Positions 51,128 through 63,702 of a stretch of DNA of 64,000 nucleotides are shown here, piece by piece; the stretch's first letter is position 1, and each line of letters begins with the position of its first letter. The notes below the pieces were generated by a model. It made no database searches, was not told the origin of the DNA, and saw nothing but the letters and a program-made list of their open reading frames with translations. The translations under genes were made by a program, and so were the position numbers. This stretch comes from Octopus sinensis (Eukaryota): NCBI RefSeq assembly GCF_006345805.1, contig NC_043006.1, positions 97,960,001 to 98,024,000 of the forward strand, given 5' to 3'.

Positions 51128-53148
51128 ATATATATATATATAATATATATATATATAATATATATATATATATACATATATGCCTCCAAATATATTTGCA
51201 TATTAATATGTATAAAAATATGTATGTGTTTATGTATGCTTGTTTACGCATGTGTATGTTTGTGTGTGTGTATGTGAGAGACAGAGAGAAAGAGAAATAG
51301 ACCGAGCCTTCTTTGTGACAGCATACTTCTTAATCAATGACTATGTTTATTTATAATCAAGCAAAACGTTAGATGGATCGTTATATATTTTATGAAATGA
51401 AGCTACATAATCTACAAGAACCTATTTAAGATTATGTAAATCTAATCACTTCTAAAATTCGTTAGAATGCTAATCACCCTGACAATTAATTTATTATACT
51501 ATAGCTCTGAAACCAAATGAAAAATTCATTTTTCATACTTTTGTTTCCAGATAATCTATTGCTTCTGCTATTGCTTAGGTAGTAACTCCCTTTCGACAAA
51601 TATAACTTTTCGTTTAAGTTAATGCTATATTTCTTGGATAATTCAATATAAATCTATAGATTATGGCGTATTTATTTTTACGTAAGGTTTCCCTCCATCC
51701 TGTTATATGCTATTTAGTCAATGGATCCCATTTCTATGTTTTAATTATTATAACAGAAACGACTATCCTGGTTCATTTGGTGACAGTAACTGTATATATC
51801 GGTCTACGTTATCGAGTGTTTATTTCCTTAAGATAGAAGAACGCGATTCGAGTGTTATTTGGCGGTTATGTCTTGTAATTCGAACAAATAATTAGATTCA
51901 TTTGTGCATTCATAATTAGTATCACTGCTGTGTAAGTTGAACTGGTATCACTCTTATTTAAATTCTGACGCACTACCATTGTATAAAACTGTCTATTCGT
52001 TCTGTACATGCGCTTTGAATATTATCAGTGTGTTCGCTATATTTGGTGCTGTTTGAAGTCGTAATGTATTCATACGAAACTAAATGCTGTTACAAATTTC
52101 GTCTGTGGTTTTAACGTTTACACCATTCACTCCCGTTTCTGTTTTAATGACATTCATGTAAACTTTGAAGCAGAATAAGAAGAGAAAAATAATTACGTTT
52201 TTATATATTGTATTTTTTTAATTTTCGGTCTTTCATATCTTCATCTCAATCCTTTTGTTAGCTGTTACATTTGACATAAAACATCAAAACCTTTTTCTTC
52301 AGAGATTATTCCAATATTTTCCAAAATATATACTTTACCGTTTTCATGAAAGACATGCAAGGTAATTGCAATATTCCAGGGAGAATTTACTTCAGTTTGA
52401 CGCAATGATAAAATATGTCAACATGAATTTCACACTTCTGAAAGTTGAAATCCCTCCACTAGAGTTTCGCTGAACTATTTCTGACAGTTATATGCATCAG
52501 AAAAACTCAATAAACTTCTCCAATATTATTTACCTCTCTAGAGAATGAGGCTATCATTGACTTCATGCAATAATATAGATATATATATCTAATTCATTTA
52601 GTATAAGATAGTTTTCTGAATGATGTTGAATTACTTTTTATATCTCAATTTTCTAGACTATTTAAACAATATTAAAAGAAAGAGGAAACAAAAATAACCG
52701 AGGGCCAATAGAGGGAGATTAATTCAACTTGCAGCTGAAATGAACGTCATGAAACAATATTTTAAGAGTAAACTGACAATGCTATTCAGCAATTTAAGAG
52801 TGTTTGCTGAGTTAAACACATTGGTAAGTGGAGGGAGGGTTGTGAATTCCATCCAAAGGGGTGCTCTCAAAAATGTTACGTATTCATCTTTTGAAATGCG
52901 TATTATTTAAATTAATGTTATTAGAGATAGCAATTATTTAATGATTAGTTATGAATCAAGGTAGTTAAACACAAGATCTTGCTTATTTTTTCGGTGTGTT
53001 TCGGATTTTTTTTTAATATAGATAACATGGTACACTTAATAATCTACGGAGAATAATAAATATATAATAATATATCATAAATTATAATATATATACTCCG
53101 ATTAAAGCAACATTTATCTAAACAATTGACTGAGAAATGATGAGCAAA

Positions 53149-53214
53149 CTCCAGCCAGAATCGAACCCACATATCAACGCTAACACGGCTCTTTACACAA
53201 CCGATTGAGTCACC
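53149..53214 (-). pseudogene. tRNA-like remnant (pseudogene or SINE head)
   Basis: GGTGACTCAATCGGTT... A-box-like and GGGTTCGATTC B-box; no complete cloverleaf. Confidence 0.3.
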
Positions 53215-53261
53215 CATAAATTTAAGATACTTTACTGTCTATATATATATATATATATATA

Positions 53262-53487
53262 CCGGAGTAAACACATAAATGTGAAACAAAGTGGAAAAAA
53301 GGGTATTCAAATACCAGTGGTAGAGTAATATGCTTTATTTAAAGCAGCAGAAAATTCAACAAAACCTGTTACTCTGAGTGTCCCGTTGCCGTTCGTCGGA
53401 CATTTTCGCTAGAAAAACTGTCCGACGAACGGCAACGGGAAACTCAGAGTAACAGGTTTTGTAGAATTTTCTGCTGCTTTAAATAAA

Positions 53488-53488
<1 letters not shown>
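53262..53488. mobile_element. Fold-back element: 70-bp arms (53333-53402 / 53419-53488), left arm extended, flanked by (TA)n
   Basis: CTTTATTTAAAGCAGCAG...GTCGGACA / TGTCCGAC...CTGCTGCTTTAAATAAAG, 2 mismatches. Confidence 0.88.
53414..53460 (+). ncRNA. Type I hammerhead-like motif, U4C core variant
   Basis: Helix I AAAACTGT/ACAGGTTTT; core CCGACGA (53422-28); helix II A.G plus CG/CG with GCAA tetraloop; GAA; near-palindromic helix III ACTCAGAGT; GUA triplet, cut after 53451. Confidence 0.6.
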
Positions 53489-53536
<48 letters not shown>

Positions 53537-53540
<4 letters not shown>

Positions 53541-53767
53541 TGCAGCGTGGAAGGTGTTTATAAGCCATTTAAGAAACACACAAAAGCCGTTCGATTCACT
53601 CCAACATTTAAGTTTAATTTGTCAAAATATTTTCGTCGCTAAGATCCGCGACCTGTTCACTGACAAAGTCCGTGCTGTTTCTTAAATGGCTTATAAACAC
53701 CTTCCACGCTGCAATTGTTTTCGTTTCAGCACACGATCTCAGATCAAATTACTTGCTATGCGAGTAC
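53537..53767. mobile_element. Fold-back element: perfect 42-bp inverted arms (53537-53578 / 53676-53717), flanked by (TA)n
   Basis: CAATTGCAGCGTGGAAGGTGTTTATAAGCCATTTAAGAAACA and its exact reverse complement; the spacer holds a hammerhead. Confidence 0.88.
53618..53667 (-). ncRNA. Type I hammerhead ribozyme with G3:C8 compensatory core
   Basis: TTTGTCA-GTGAACA-G-GTCGC-GGATCTTA-GCGAC-GAA-AATATT-T-TGACAAA: 7-bp helix I, 5-bp helix II, palindromic helix III, UUU triplet. Confidence 0.7.
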
Positions 53768-53771
53768 ATCT

Positions 53772-53837
<66 letters not shown>

Positions 53838-53839
53838 GA

Positions 53840-54170
53840 GGTACTGGAAGATCTTGCACATAACTTTGGGATTAGAAGCTATACCAATTATAGGACTGGA
53901 CGATATTGCATGATACCAAAATCCCTGGTATCTACGTCGACGTTAAAAATCCAGTATTGTAAGAGACTAGTTTTGGAGGGCTCACAGCTTGTTAATATAT
54001 TCCCAAAATGTGTCAGAGACCTAGGAGGTGTAGCTGAGGATGTTTTCAAACAACATTTGACAAAATTTGAGCTAATGTACCAGATGAACCTACATAACAG
54101 ATAGAATCGCAAAGAAAGGTAGCTCTGTCAAGCTTATTCCTTGATGAGAACTGATTCCGGAGATCGAACT
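53840..54170 (+). mobile_element. CR1/L2-group LINE 3' fragment
   Basis: RYCMIPKS...GSQLVNIFPKCVRDL...DVFKQHL...VPDEPT, homologous to the C-terminus encoded at about 35030-35260 (minus). Confidence 0.75.
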
Positions 54171-54439
54171 TCGAAGTGAATATAAAGTAAAAAATTACAA
54201 TATTGCTGCTAATGATGGCACCACAACATGACCACAGTTTCTAGCTGAAATTGATAATAAAATAATGAAACATATCAATCGTTTTGCTTGTGAAGTTACC
54301 AGAAAACATAACGATAACATATTTAATTATAATTTATAATGGTTAATGATTGAAATGGTAGTTCTGAATATTACAGATTAATAGATCGGAAATGAAAAAC
54401 CGTAAAAAAAAAGTAACCGAACACAATCACAGAAATATA

Positions 54440-54453
54440 ACTACTACTACTAT

Positions 54454-54504
<51 letters not shown>

Positions 54505-54547
54505 CACTATCACTATCACTACCACTACCACCACCACTACCACTACA

Positions 54548-54618
<71 letters not shown>

Positions 54619-54708
54619 AATGATATTAATAACAATAACAACAACAACAATAATAATAATAATAATAACAATAATAACAATAATAATAATAATAATTAAT
54701 TATTATTA

Positions 54709-54739
<31 letters not shown>

Positions 54740-54744
54740 TATCA

Positions 54745-54802
<58 letters not shown>
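54440..54802. repeat. Compound (ACT)n/(ACC)n, then (AAT)n, then inverted (ATT)n tract
   Basis: Seen directly. Confidence 0.95.
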
Positions 54803-54803
<1 letters not shown>

Positions 54804-55159
54804 AAACAATGCGCTATATAAAAGTGTCTGTTTCTGTTTTGGATCAGATGGTGAGAGACATCGGTTATAAACTCTGTATTAACCATGTAAACCGTTTAAA
54901 AGATATAAATCCAGAGACAACATAAAAACACACCAATAAACACGTGGAAAAAGCACAGCATTTAAACAATAAAAATTAATTAACTATTAACTAAGATTAC
55001 ATTGAGGAAATTCAATCTGTCAAAATTATACAAAGTATATAAAGACGATAACGACGTATTGAGATAATTATTAGAATTGGAAAATACTTCGCTGAAAAAT
55101 AGCTTCAAATTGAAGAACTGTTGAACACTTCGTAAAGTAAATTTCAATCTTTTTTTCCT

Positions 55160-55644
55160 TTATCTCCTACTTGTTTCGGTTATTAGACTGCGCCCATGCT
55201 GGGGCACTACCTTGGATAATATTTAGGCGAATTAATCGATCCGAGTATTTCTTTTATTTTATTTTTCTAAGCGTGGTACTTATTCTATTGGTCTGCTACC
55301 GAACCGCTAGGTGACATAAACACAATAACACCGGTTGTGAAGCGGTGGTTGAGGACAAACACAGACACAAACAGGGGACAAACAAACACACACACACACA
55401 CATACATACATACAAATATACGAGTGAGTGAATAACAGAAAGAACAACACTCAACACATTTATTGACAGCCACATGTATAAATCAACAGTTTGATTCATA
55501 TTCCTTGGTACTCTGAGTTACAAAGCGCGATGCTAATCCTCAGCCTTTGTGAATCTTTCCACTAGCCAAGGATTAGAATCACAATTTGAAACTCGGAGTA
55601 CTAAGAAATTTGAGTCAAACTGTTTTGATCTATATATATGTATG

Positions 55645-55678
<34 letters not shown>

Positions 55679-55688
55679 TGTATGTATG

Positions 55689-55733
<45 letters not shown>

Positions 55734-55740
55734 CACACAC

Positions 55741-55775
<35 letters not shown>

Positions 55776-55925
55776 CGCATGTATGTACAACGGTCTCAGT
55801 TTCCGTCCACCAAATCTACTCACGAAGCGATAGTAGAAAATACTTGCCAAAGTTGCCACTCAGTGGGACTGAACCCGGAATCATGTGGTTGGAAAGCAAG
55901 CTTCTTACCACATAACCACGCTGTG
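55160..55925 (-). mobile_element. SINE family 1 split by an insertion in its internal microsatellite (head 55785-55925, tail 55160-55400)
   Basis: Head and tail collinear on minus; an extra segment of about 200 bp lies between the (TA/TATG)n and (TG)n parts. Confidence 0.7.
55482..55629. mobile_element. Diverged fold-back element with two decayed hammerheads of the GAAACTC(A/G)GAGTA type
   Basis: ATCAACAGTTTGATTCA...GTACTCTGAGTT pairs with AACTCGGAGTAC...TGAGTCAAACTGTTTTGAT; minus CTGAGGA...GTAACTCAGAGTA, plus CCAAGGA...GAAACTCGGAGTA. Confidence 0.6.
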
Positions 55926-55949
55926 CCTATATTATATAACCACGTAAGA

Positions 55950-56950
55950 ATTAGGAATGTTTGGAGCATGTTTTCTTTCCAGATTTATCTAAGTCTTACA
56001 AGATGGGGCCGCTGGCAGGAACATATCTTGGTTTTTTAGACTGGAATGGCTCAATCTATCCCAGCGGAATTAAAATTATGCAATTATTGTCAAACGTGTT
56101 TCATGATTTTCCCTTTTTCCTGATCCAATATGTCAGCCTGTACTGATCCGTCTCTGTGATCTCCAACCTGCTAAATGCAGTTTTCTTGTATTAGTGATAA
56201 CATACCTTACTCCGTACATAATTCAACACAAGTCTTAGTTACAAAATTTTAATTAGCATTATCTTCAACTTTGGCAGGTCACACGTTGTCCAAATTACTT
56301 GTGACCCAGACTTCGTAGGTCAGGATTTTCACCAGTGTCTTCCAAGAGGGGAATTTACATTTTCTTAATATCTTACTAATTTCTCGACCTTGGCAGCCGC
56401 TCTTGCTCGGTGCTCCGCAATACATTATTCTTCAAACTGAGAACCTAAAGATAGCCTTCAATTTCAGCTTCATTTCTTTTCTCAATGAAACGAACGAATC
56501 TCCTGCTCAGCTGTTTGCTGGTCTTGTATGATGTGTGTCGCTCTAGAATTTGCAGACATCTCAATAAAATAGCAAATTTGTACCAGTCACTGATGATAGA
56601 ACTAAATGTAAACGTCTAGTTCGAGGTATCTGCATATAATATTGATCATTTGCCTCTCCTACAATTCCACGGGTGCTACAGGTGCATCATAAAACGTCAA
56701 TAATCATATCGTGTTATGAGCTCATACTGGAAAATCCAAAACTTCCATTATTTGGTTAATGATACCTCTGTCTTTCCTAACTGTTCATTAGACTGGTCTT
56801 CTGTCTTGGGTTCGGTGATTCCTATAATATGCACGACATTACATCACTCATTTCTGAAACTTATTTGGTTGTTCTGAGTAACCTGTTGCTCAACATCAAG
56901 CTGGAACTTCAAGCAGGCCACTTTCCCATTTTTGATTACAAGTTATCCTA
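55950..56950 (-). mobile_element. Very old LINE RT remnant (RTE-like?)
   Basis: Scattered minus-strand motifs ILYADT (about 56620-56645) and MGKWP; otherwise decayed. Confidence 0.3.
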
Positions 56951-58188
56951 ATTTCTTTGGTCTTATCTGCTTTCATGACTATGATACCATATAATCAAGT
57001 ACGTGTGTAATGTCCACGCTACCTCTAAGCAGGTTAAATTTTTCATAGCTGGTTCAGAACGGAAAAAAGAACAGACCAACGGTAATACTGAAGCATTTTG
57101 AGTTTGACTCCGCCATTGCCATTCGTGGTAATGTCTGCCAGTAAGGGATTTATCAGAGAAGGTAAGACTGATTGACATAGAAAGCAGGTAAAAGGGCTAA
57201 GAAGTAGGTCGAAGAAATCACAAAAAAACAAGACAAGGGAAATTTAGTAAGTTGCAAGTACACCAAGATAAAAAGTTAAAAAAAGAATGAAAGAGATTGA
57301 GAACAAGTGAGAAAAACAAACAGAAAGAGTGAGGCAAGGAATGAGGGAAGGAGGAAAATAAAACGGTCGAAAGGAGAGGGAAGGCATTGATAAATGGGGG
57401 AAAATGGGGGTTGCCTGTTCGTTACATATATACATACATACATACATACATACATGCATATATACATACATACATACTTACATACATATATGACTATATG
57501 TGCATGTTTGTGTTAGTGTTGTCTTCTTTCATAAATATATATATATATACATCTCTCGTATATGGTTCTATATAAAGTGTGGTTGGACACAAGCACTTCT
57601 TATATACGAAACACATATTTTCTTTTAAATTTTTTTCCTGTTCAATTTAGTTTAGCTTTCAGAGACCCGTAGCCTAAATAATTCAATTATTGACGCAAAA
57701 ATAAGGAACTAATGAAAGAGCTACATTAATTTTCCTTTGGGAAATTACAAAACGCTTTTAGTTTTAAGAAACCAATATTTCAATCTTCGATTAATATATT
57801 ATTCGTTTAAATATACGTACGCACGTACGTATGCCTCTATGTTTGCAGGTATGTATGTATTTACGTGAGTTAGTATGCACATAGGTATGTAGGCATACAT
57901 GTATATAAGCATACATATATGCACGTAATATGCATACGTACCTATATGTACACATATAGTTTTATATCTATAGGTATATATTTATATACGTATATTTATG
58001 ATTATACAGTATGCAATGTATGTATATGTGTATATATATGGGTATATATATACATATACGCACACACACGCATATATACATATACATGTACCTAAACATG
58101 GGTGCGTTTGTGTGAGTGTGTGTATGTAAAACAATGAAAGAATAGAAAGTTATATATATGCATATATATATATGTATATATATGTATG

Positions 58189-58270
<82 letters not shown>

Positions 58271-58295
58271 TATATATATATATATTATATATATA

Positions 58296-58357
<62 letters not shown>

Positions 58358-58674
58358 GGTACTTCCGTTGAGGCTATATCAAAGACTTTCAATTGAAATC
58401 TATCTATATAGTAACCTGAAGGAACAATAATACAAAAAAATTGTTTTTTCGTTATTCATACTTACACAAAGGTGAATCGAGTGCAAAATTGAAAAACAAT
58501 ATGTACGTATATACATTCTTATGCATACACTCAGACACCCATATATTGGGTAGGTGTATGTACACTACGCAATGTATGGTTGCTATGCGTATCTATACAT
58601 TCACAAACACACAGACGCACACAGACATGTACATACACACATACATACATACATACATATATATATACATATAT

Positions 58675-58730
<56 letters not shown>

Positions 58731-59904
58731 GTAAATATACGTGTATATGTAGTATACACATAAATTTATTTATCTAAATATGTATGTATTTATATATGCA
58801 CACATATATATGTATTGTGCATGTATGTATATGCCAAATTTTCTCTCTCCTCATATAGGTGTGTGTTTGTGTATGGGTGCATTTGTGCGTATAGGTACGT
58901 GTGTGTGAGTGTATAAATATAAAGCATCTTACGTACGCACACAGAAACTCAGTTAAGTGTATGTAAGCATGCGGGTAGTTGTATGTGAGCGCGCTTGTGT
59001 GTCTGTGCTTCTGTCTGAATGTGTGAACCTGTGAGAATGAAGGATCAAATCAGTAGAGAATATGTTATGCTACGTATTGTTGCATTGAATACAACCTCAG
59101 CTGCAAGTTGTTTTGTATGCTTCAGGAAGTGTCTTAGATTTCCGTGCTAGCGGAAGTAAGGCTGACGAAGCCGTATAGGCATATTTGGGAAAATAAGTAA
59201 TTGTAATTCTATCCCATGATGCTTTTGTGTCATTCATGTAACAGTGTTTGGTAAACCATTCCATTCTCTCTTGATTTATTTATTTATTTTTACTTTGGCT
59301 TACATTTTCGTTTTCAGTCCACCTCTCTGTTTGTTAATACACAGGTTTGGAAGAATTCAATACATTTCTAATGTAATGCATTTGGATCAAGTTTCTTAGA
59401 TTCCGATCATTTTACTTTCGATCAATGAACGAAATGCTCTCAACTCTTAATAATGAACATAATGAATAAGAGCTGTTTGGAATGTTCACTGGAAAAAGCT
59501 ACGACACGCGAAGTATTCTTTCCATAAACGCAAAAGAAACCAATTTACGCTGGTAATTCGCCGTCTAATTTCAAATTTTGATGTGCACATTAGAGGATAT
59601 GTTCTTTTGTGGTACGTGTTTTTAGTCAACACTGTGATGTTGAGTTAAATGTCCTTAGACAAATGAGAACGAATATAGTTTTTCGTTTCTTCGATTTCAG
59701 GAAGTCATGACATTTAATGGGTATTAACAGGTGCAAAGTCATTGAAGAACTCCGAAGCGGTAACCACGTCCAGAAAGAAATAGAAAGCCATCGGTTTACA
59801 TTTAGCAAAGTGAAGTCAATTACGTGAAACAGAATTGGTTAACAACTTAAAATGCTGATAGAATACCGTAATGTACAACTCGTACAGTTAGGTAAGCAGT
59901 ATAT

Positions 59905-60130
59905 ATATATGACTGGCAGAAACGTTAGCACGCCGGGCGAAATGCTTAGCCGTATTTCGTCTGCGTTACGTTGTGAGTTCAAATTCCGCCGAGGTCGACT
60001 TTGCCTTTCATCCTTTCGGGGTCGATAAATTAAGTACCAGTTACGCACTGGGGTCGATGTAATCCACTTAATACCTATGTTTGTCCTTGTTTTCCTCTCT
60101 GTGTTTAGCCCCTTGTGGGTAATAAAGAAA
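59905..60130 (+). mobile_element. SINE family 3
   Basis: GGCAGAAACGTTAGCACGCCGGGCG...GAGTTCAAATTCCGCCGAGGTCGACTTTGCCTTTCATCCTTTCGGGGTCGATAAATTAAGTACC. Confidence 0.88.
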
Positions 60131-60199
60131 TAAGTATATATATGACTAGATATTTGTCTACATATCCAGTGAGAGCAAATATGAAAACCATGAAAACAT

Positions 60200-60352
60200 G
60201 GACGTATAACTGGTTGTGTGCCGAAGAAACTTTCACCTAAAGTGCGGGGTCTTAGGTTCAGTCACACTCTGAGGCACTTCTGGTAACTGTCTTCTACTAT
60301 TAAAGCCTTATGAGTGTATCTGGTAAACGGAAGCTTAAATAAGCCCGTCGTA
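60200..60352 (+). mobile_element. SINE family 1, degenerate 5' half
   Basis: GGTTGTGTG...GGTTCAGTC...GTCTTCTACTAT..AAAGCCTTATGAGTG...AAGCCCGTCGTAT. Confidence 0.65.
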
Positions 60353-60355
60353 TGC

Positions 60356-60391
<36 letters not shown>

Positions 60392-60659
60392 AAGGTGCGT
60401 AATAAGGATTTATAGAACAAGTATCCTATAGAAATTCAACAAACTGTTAAAGATGGAGAAAAGCAGATGTTAGGAATTTGAAAAGAGTTTAATCCATGCA
60501 TGTGATCATGTAAATAATATGGTAGAAAAATCAGAAATTAATTTAATTAAAACTAAATTTATTTCATATTACTGTTCTCCTCAGTGCGCAAAAAGAATAA
60601 ATCAAAAATTACATTATCTTAGCATGTTCTTAATCTTTCATAAGGATAATACATATATA

Positions 60660-61074
60660 GGCGCAAGAGTGGCTGTGTGGTAAGTAGCTTGCTAACCAAC
60701 CTCATGGTTCCAGGTTCAGTCCCATTGCGTGGCATCTTGGGCAAGTGTCATCTACTATAGCCTCGGGCCGACCAATGCCTTGTGAGTGGATTTGGTAGAC
60801 GGAAACTGAAAGAAGCCTGTCGTATATATGTATATATATATATGTGTGTGTGTGTGTTTGTGTGTCTATGTTTGTCCCCCTAGCATTGCCTGACAACCGA
60901 TGCTGGTGTGTTTACGTCCCCGTCACTTAGCGGTTCGGCAAAAGAGACCGATAGAATAAGTACTGGGCTTACAAAGAATAAGTCCCGGGGTCGATTTGCT
61001 CGACTAAAGGCGGTGCTCCAGCATGGCCGCAGTCAAATGACTGAAACAAGTAAAAGAGTAAAGGAGAAAAGAGT
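60660..61074 (+). mobile_element. SINE family 1, full length
   Basis: As 6189. Confidence 0.95.
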
Positions 61075-61544
61075 AATATCCGAATATGTTATGTGACTCA
61101 CTTCATCAAGGCTTCAGTAACAATAATAATAATATTTTTGATGTATTCTTTTTCGCACTGAAGAGAACAGTGATATGTAATTAATTTAATTCTAATAAAA
61201 TTAATTTCTAATAATATTGCTGTTTGAAACGATCGCATGCTTGGATTAAATTCTTTTCAAATTTTTAACACCTTATCTTTTCCATCTTTAACAGTTTATT
61301 GAGTTTCTGTAGGATCCTAGTTCTATAACACACCTTAAACTTATAGCATTTTCATATTATTCGTGAAATTCTTACGACGGTAAGCTACCAATGAAATATG
61401 AAGTATCTTTATTAGAAATTGACCTTTGGAGCCCTCCACAGTAAAGGAAGAAACAGAACTCAACTTTTTCTCATCTATTTATCTATCAATCTATCTATAT
61501 ATCTATCTATCTTTCTATCTCTCTCTCTCCTCTCTCTCTCTCTA

Positions 61545-61622
<78 letters not shown>

Positions 61623-62866
61623 AAACGAATAGTTCACACCTGGTAGTTTACTGGTAAAGCACGGTCACTTTCGCAATGATCGTTATGTATATGCCAAATG
61701 AAAGACGGAATATAAAATATACGAGAATTTATTAATCACGTCAATTGTATTTCTTTCACATTGTCTTTAGTTTTTTCTTTACTCTTTGGACTACATTCCA
61801 AATGTAAAAAGAAATATTATTTACTGGGTTCAACTTATTCGGCTAAACCCTTCAATACGATGCCCCAGTAAGGCATAATTTCTCGTTACATGATATAGAG
61901 TTATAACATGTTTCTCATCTCAAAAATGATAAAAGAGATATGAATGATTTCTCCCTGAAGTGATAACGAAAAAGAATCGAAAATCTGTGAGACCTCCACA
62001 CCATGGTTTTCCACCCACAGAGATGATCAATCAATATCTCCCCACGAAGACATGTTTCTCTATTTACACATTACAGCTTTGACCGACACCTCCACCGTTC
62101 ATAAAATGTGTATACCTTAGCATATACATCACTATATACGTACGTGTTATACTTTTGTCTATGCGCTGTTTATTGCACGAAGAGCATAATTCTCACAAAG
62201 TTTATTAATAATTTCGTTTTATGAGGTAAATACACAATTTAATTAGCCGGAGAACTAATATGCCGAAAGAAAGTTAATCACTAGCGTAAGTATATTATAT
62301 CTCGTCAATTTCAACATCATCACCACACATTCCGAATATGACTTGAAGTTCAAATGAGTTTGTTTTGAAAATAATTCAAAATGAAAGTTTACTTACTACT
62401 GAGAACCTAGACCACTCATCTAATAATACTGATTGGATTTCTTTTTACTAGAAACTATGAAAATGCCATTTGCGGAATTAGAAAATTGCATTTTATGACG
62501 TCTACATTTCTTAAAGACTTTTCCAGTGTATAAAAAGTACGCTTCTGATAATGAATTGTTTTTAAATAATGAAAATTATTTCTTACCCATTTCTGTACCA
62601 CAATTTCTAAAGCAAATTCTTTTGACAGATGACAGTAAATTTTAACAAGTCAAATAAACAAATAAATGAAATAACAAATGGGTAAACAAAGAAATAAATA
62701 AAAAAAAAGATCCGTATGAGCCATTATCATGCAAAAGTAATATCAAAGGCATTAGAAATGCAAACGTCTGTTTTAATTCTAGAAATAATTATGTTAAGTC
62801 TCGATTATGCAATGTACACATGATTTTAGGGACGTTACGCTTTTACTTCAGTGAGATTTAGCAACA

Positions 62867-62870
<4 letters not shown>

Positions 62871-62914
<44 letters not shown>

Positions 62915-63537
62915 TAAAATAATAATAATAATAATAATATAATAATAATATAATAATAATATAATAATATAATAATAATAAATGCCCTGATGCAGTACCA
63001 GGCAGTGGATCTCATGGCTTCTGATCTTAACTGATTGGAAGTGTCATCATGTACATTGTTTTGTCTTGGTATAAAAGATGGGCTACAGCAAATATTCTGC
63101 TCAATACCACAGATTTGCTTGTCAGTTGTTTGACCTTAACCAGTTGAGCATGTCCCTTAGTGGCTGACGATATGTGCATCTCTGATCACGAGCAGAAGTA
63201 GTGGGGGAGCATCATAGCCATGTGTTGAGAGGGATTCTTTGGGGTTTGAATAATTCATCTCTGGAAACATGGGTGTTTTGTTCAACATCCTTAAACAACC
63301 CTTATTCAGGGATCTTTTGAGCGGGATGGGCTACTCAACCTGAAGAAATTTCTAACTGGGCCCCACCTGCAAGGTCATGTGCTGTTTATCTTGATATGAG
63401 ATCACCATGTCGCGCACATATGGTTGTGATGCATGTGCCTGGTGTACCTTTATCAGACGGGTAGTCATGATGGGTATATTGGGCTTCGTATATTTTACCC
63501 CAGTGTCACTTTGATGGCATACACTGCTCTCTCACTC

Positions 63538-63596
<59 letters not shown>

Positions 63597-63613
63597 GAAG
63601 AATAATAATAATA

Positions 63614-63682
<69 letters not shown>

Positions 63683-63702
63683 GAAGAAGAAGAAGAAGAA
63701 GA
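62871..63702. repeat. (TAA)n arrays at 62871-62980 and 63538-63680, then (AAG)n to 63702
   Basis: Seen directly. Confidence 0.95.
62981..63537 (+). mobile_element. 557-bp non-coding retroelement inserted in (TAA)n (SINE-like partner or 3' UTR of a Dong/R4 element)
   Basis: Unique sequence bounded by TAA repeats on both sides; ends ...GCTCTCTCACTC-(AAT)n; no long ORF. Confidence 0.6.

Noticed and set aside
51720-52170. Fibronectin-III-like pseudo-exon in a minus frame
   Set aside because: Seven stops in about 135 codons, as expected at random; no diagnostic W/Y motif spacing.
59162-59185. CTGACGA-A-GCC-GTATA-GGC hammerhead 5' half
   Set aside because: The GAAA box and helix III are absent.
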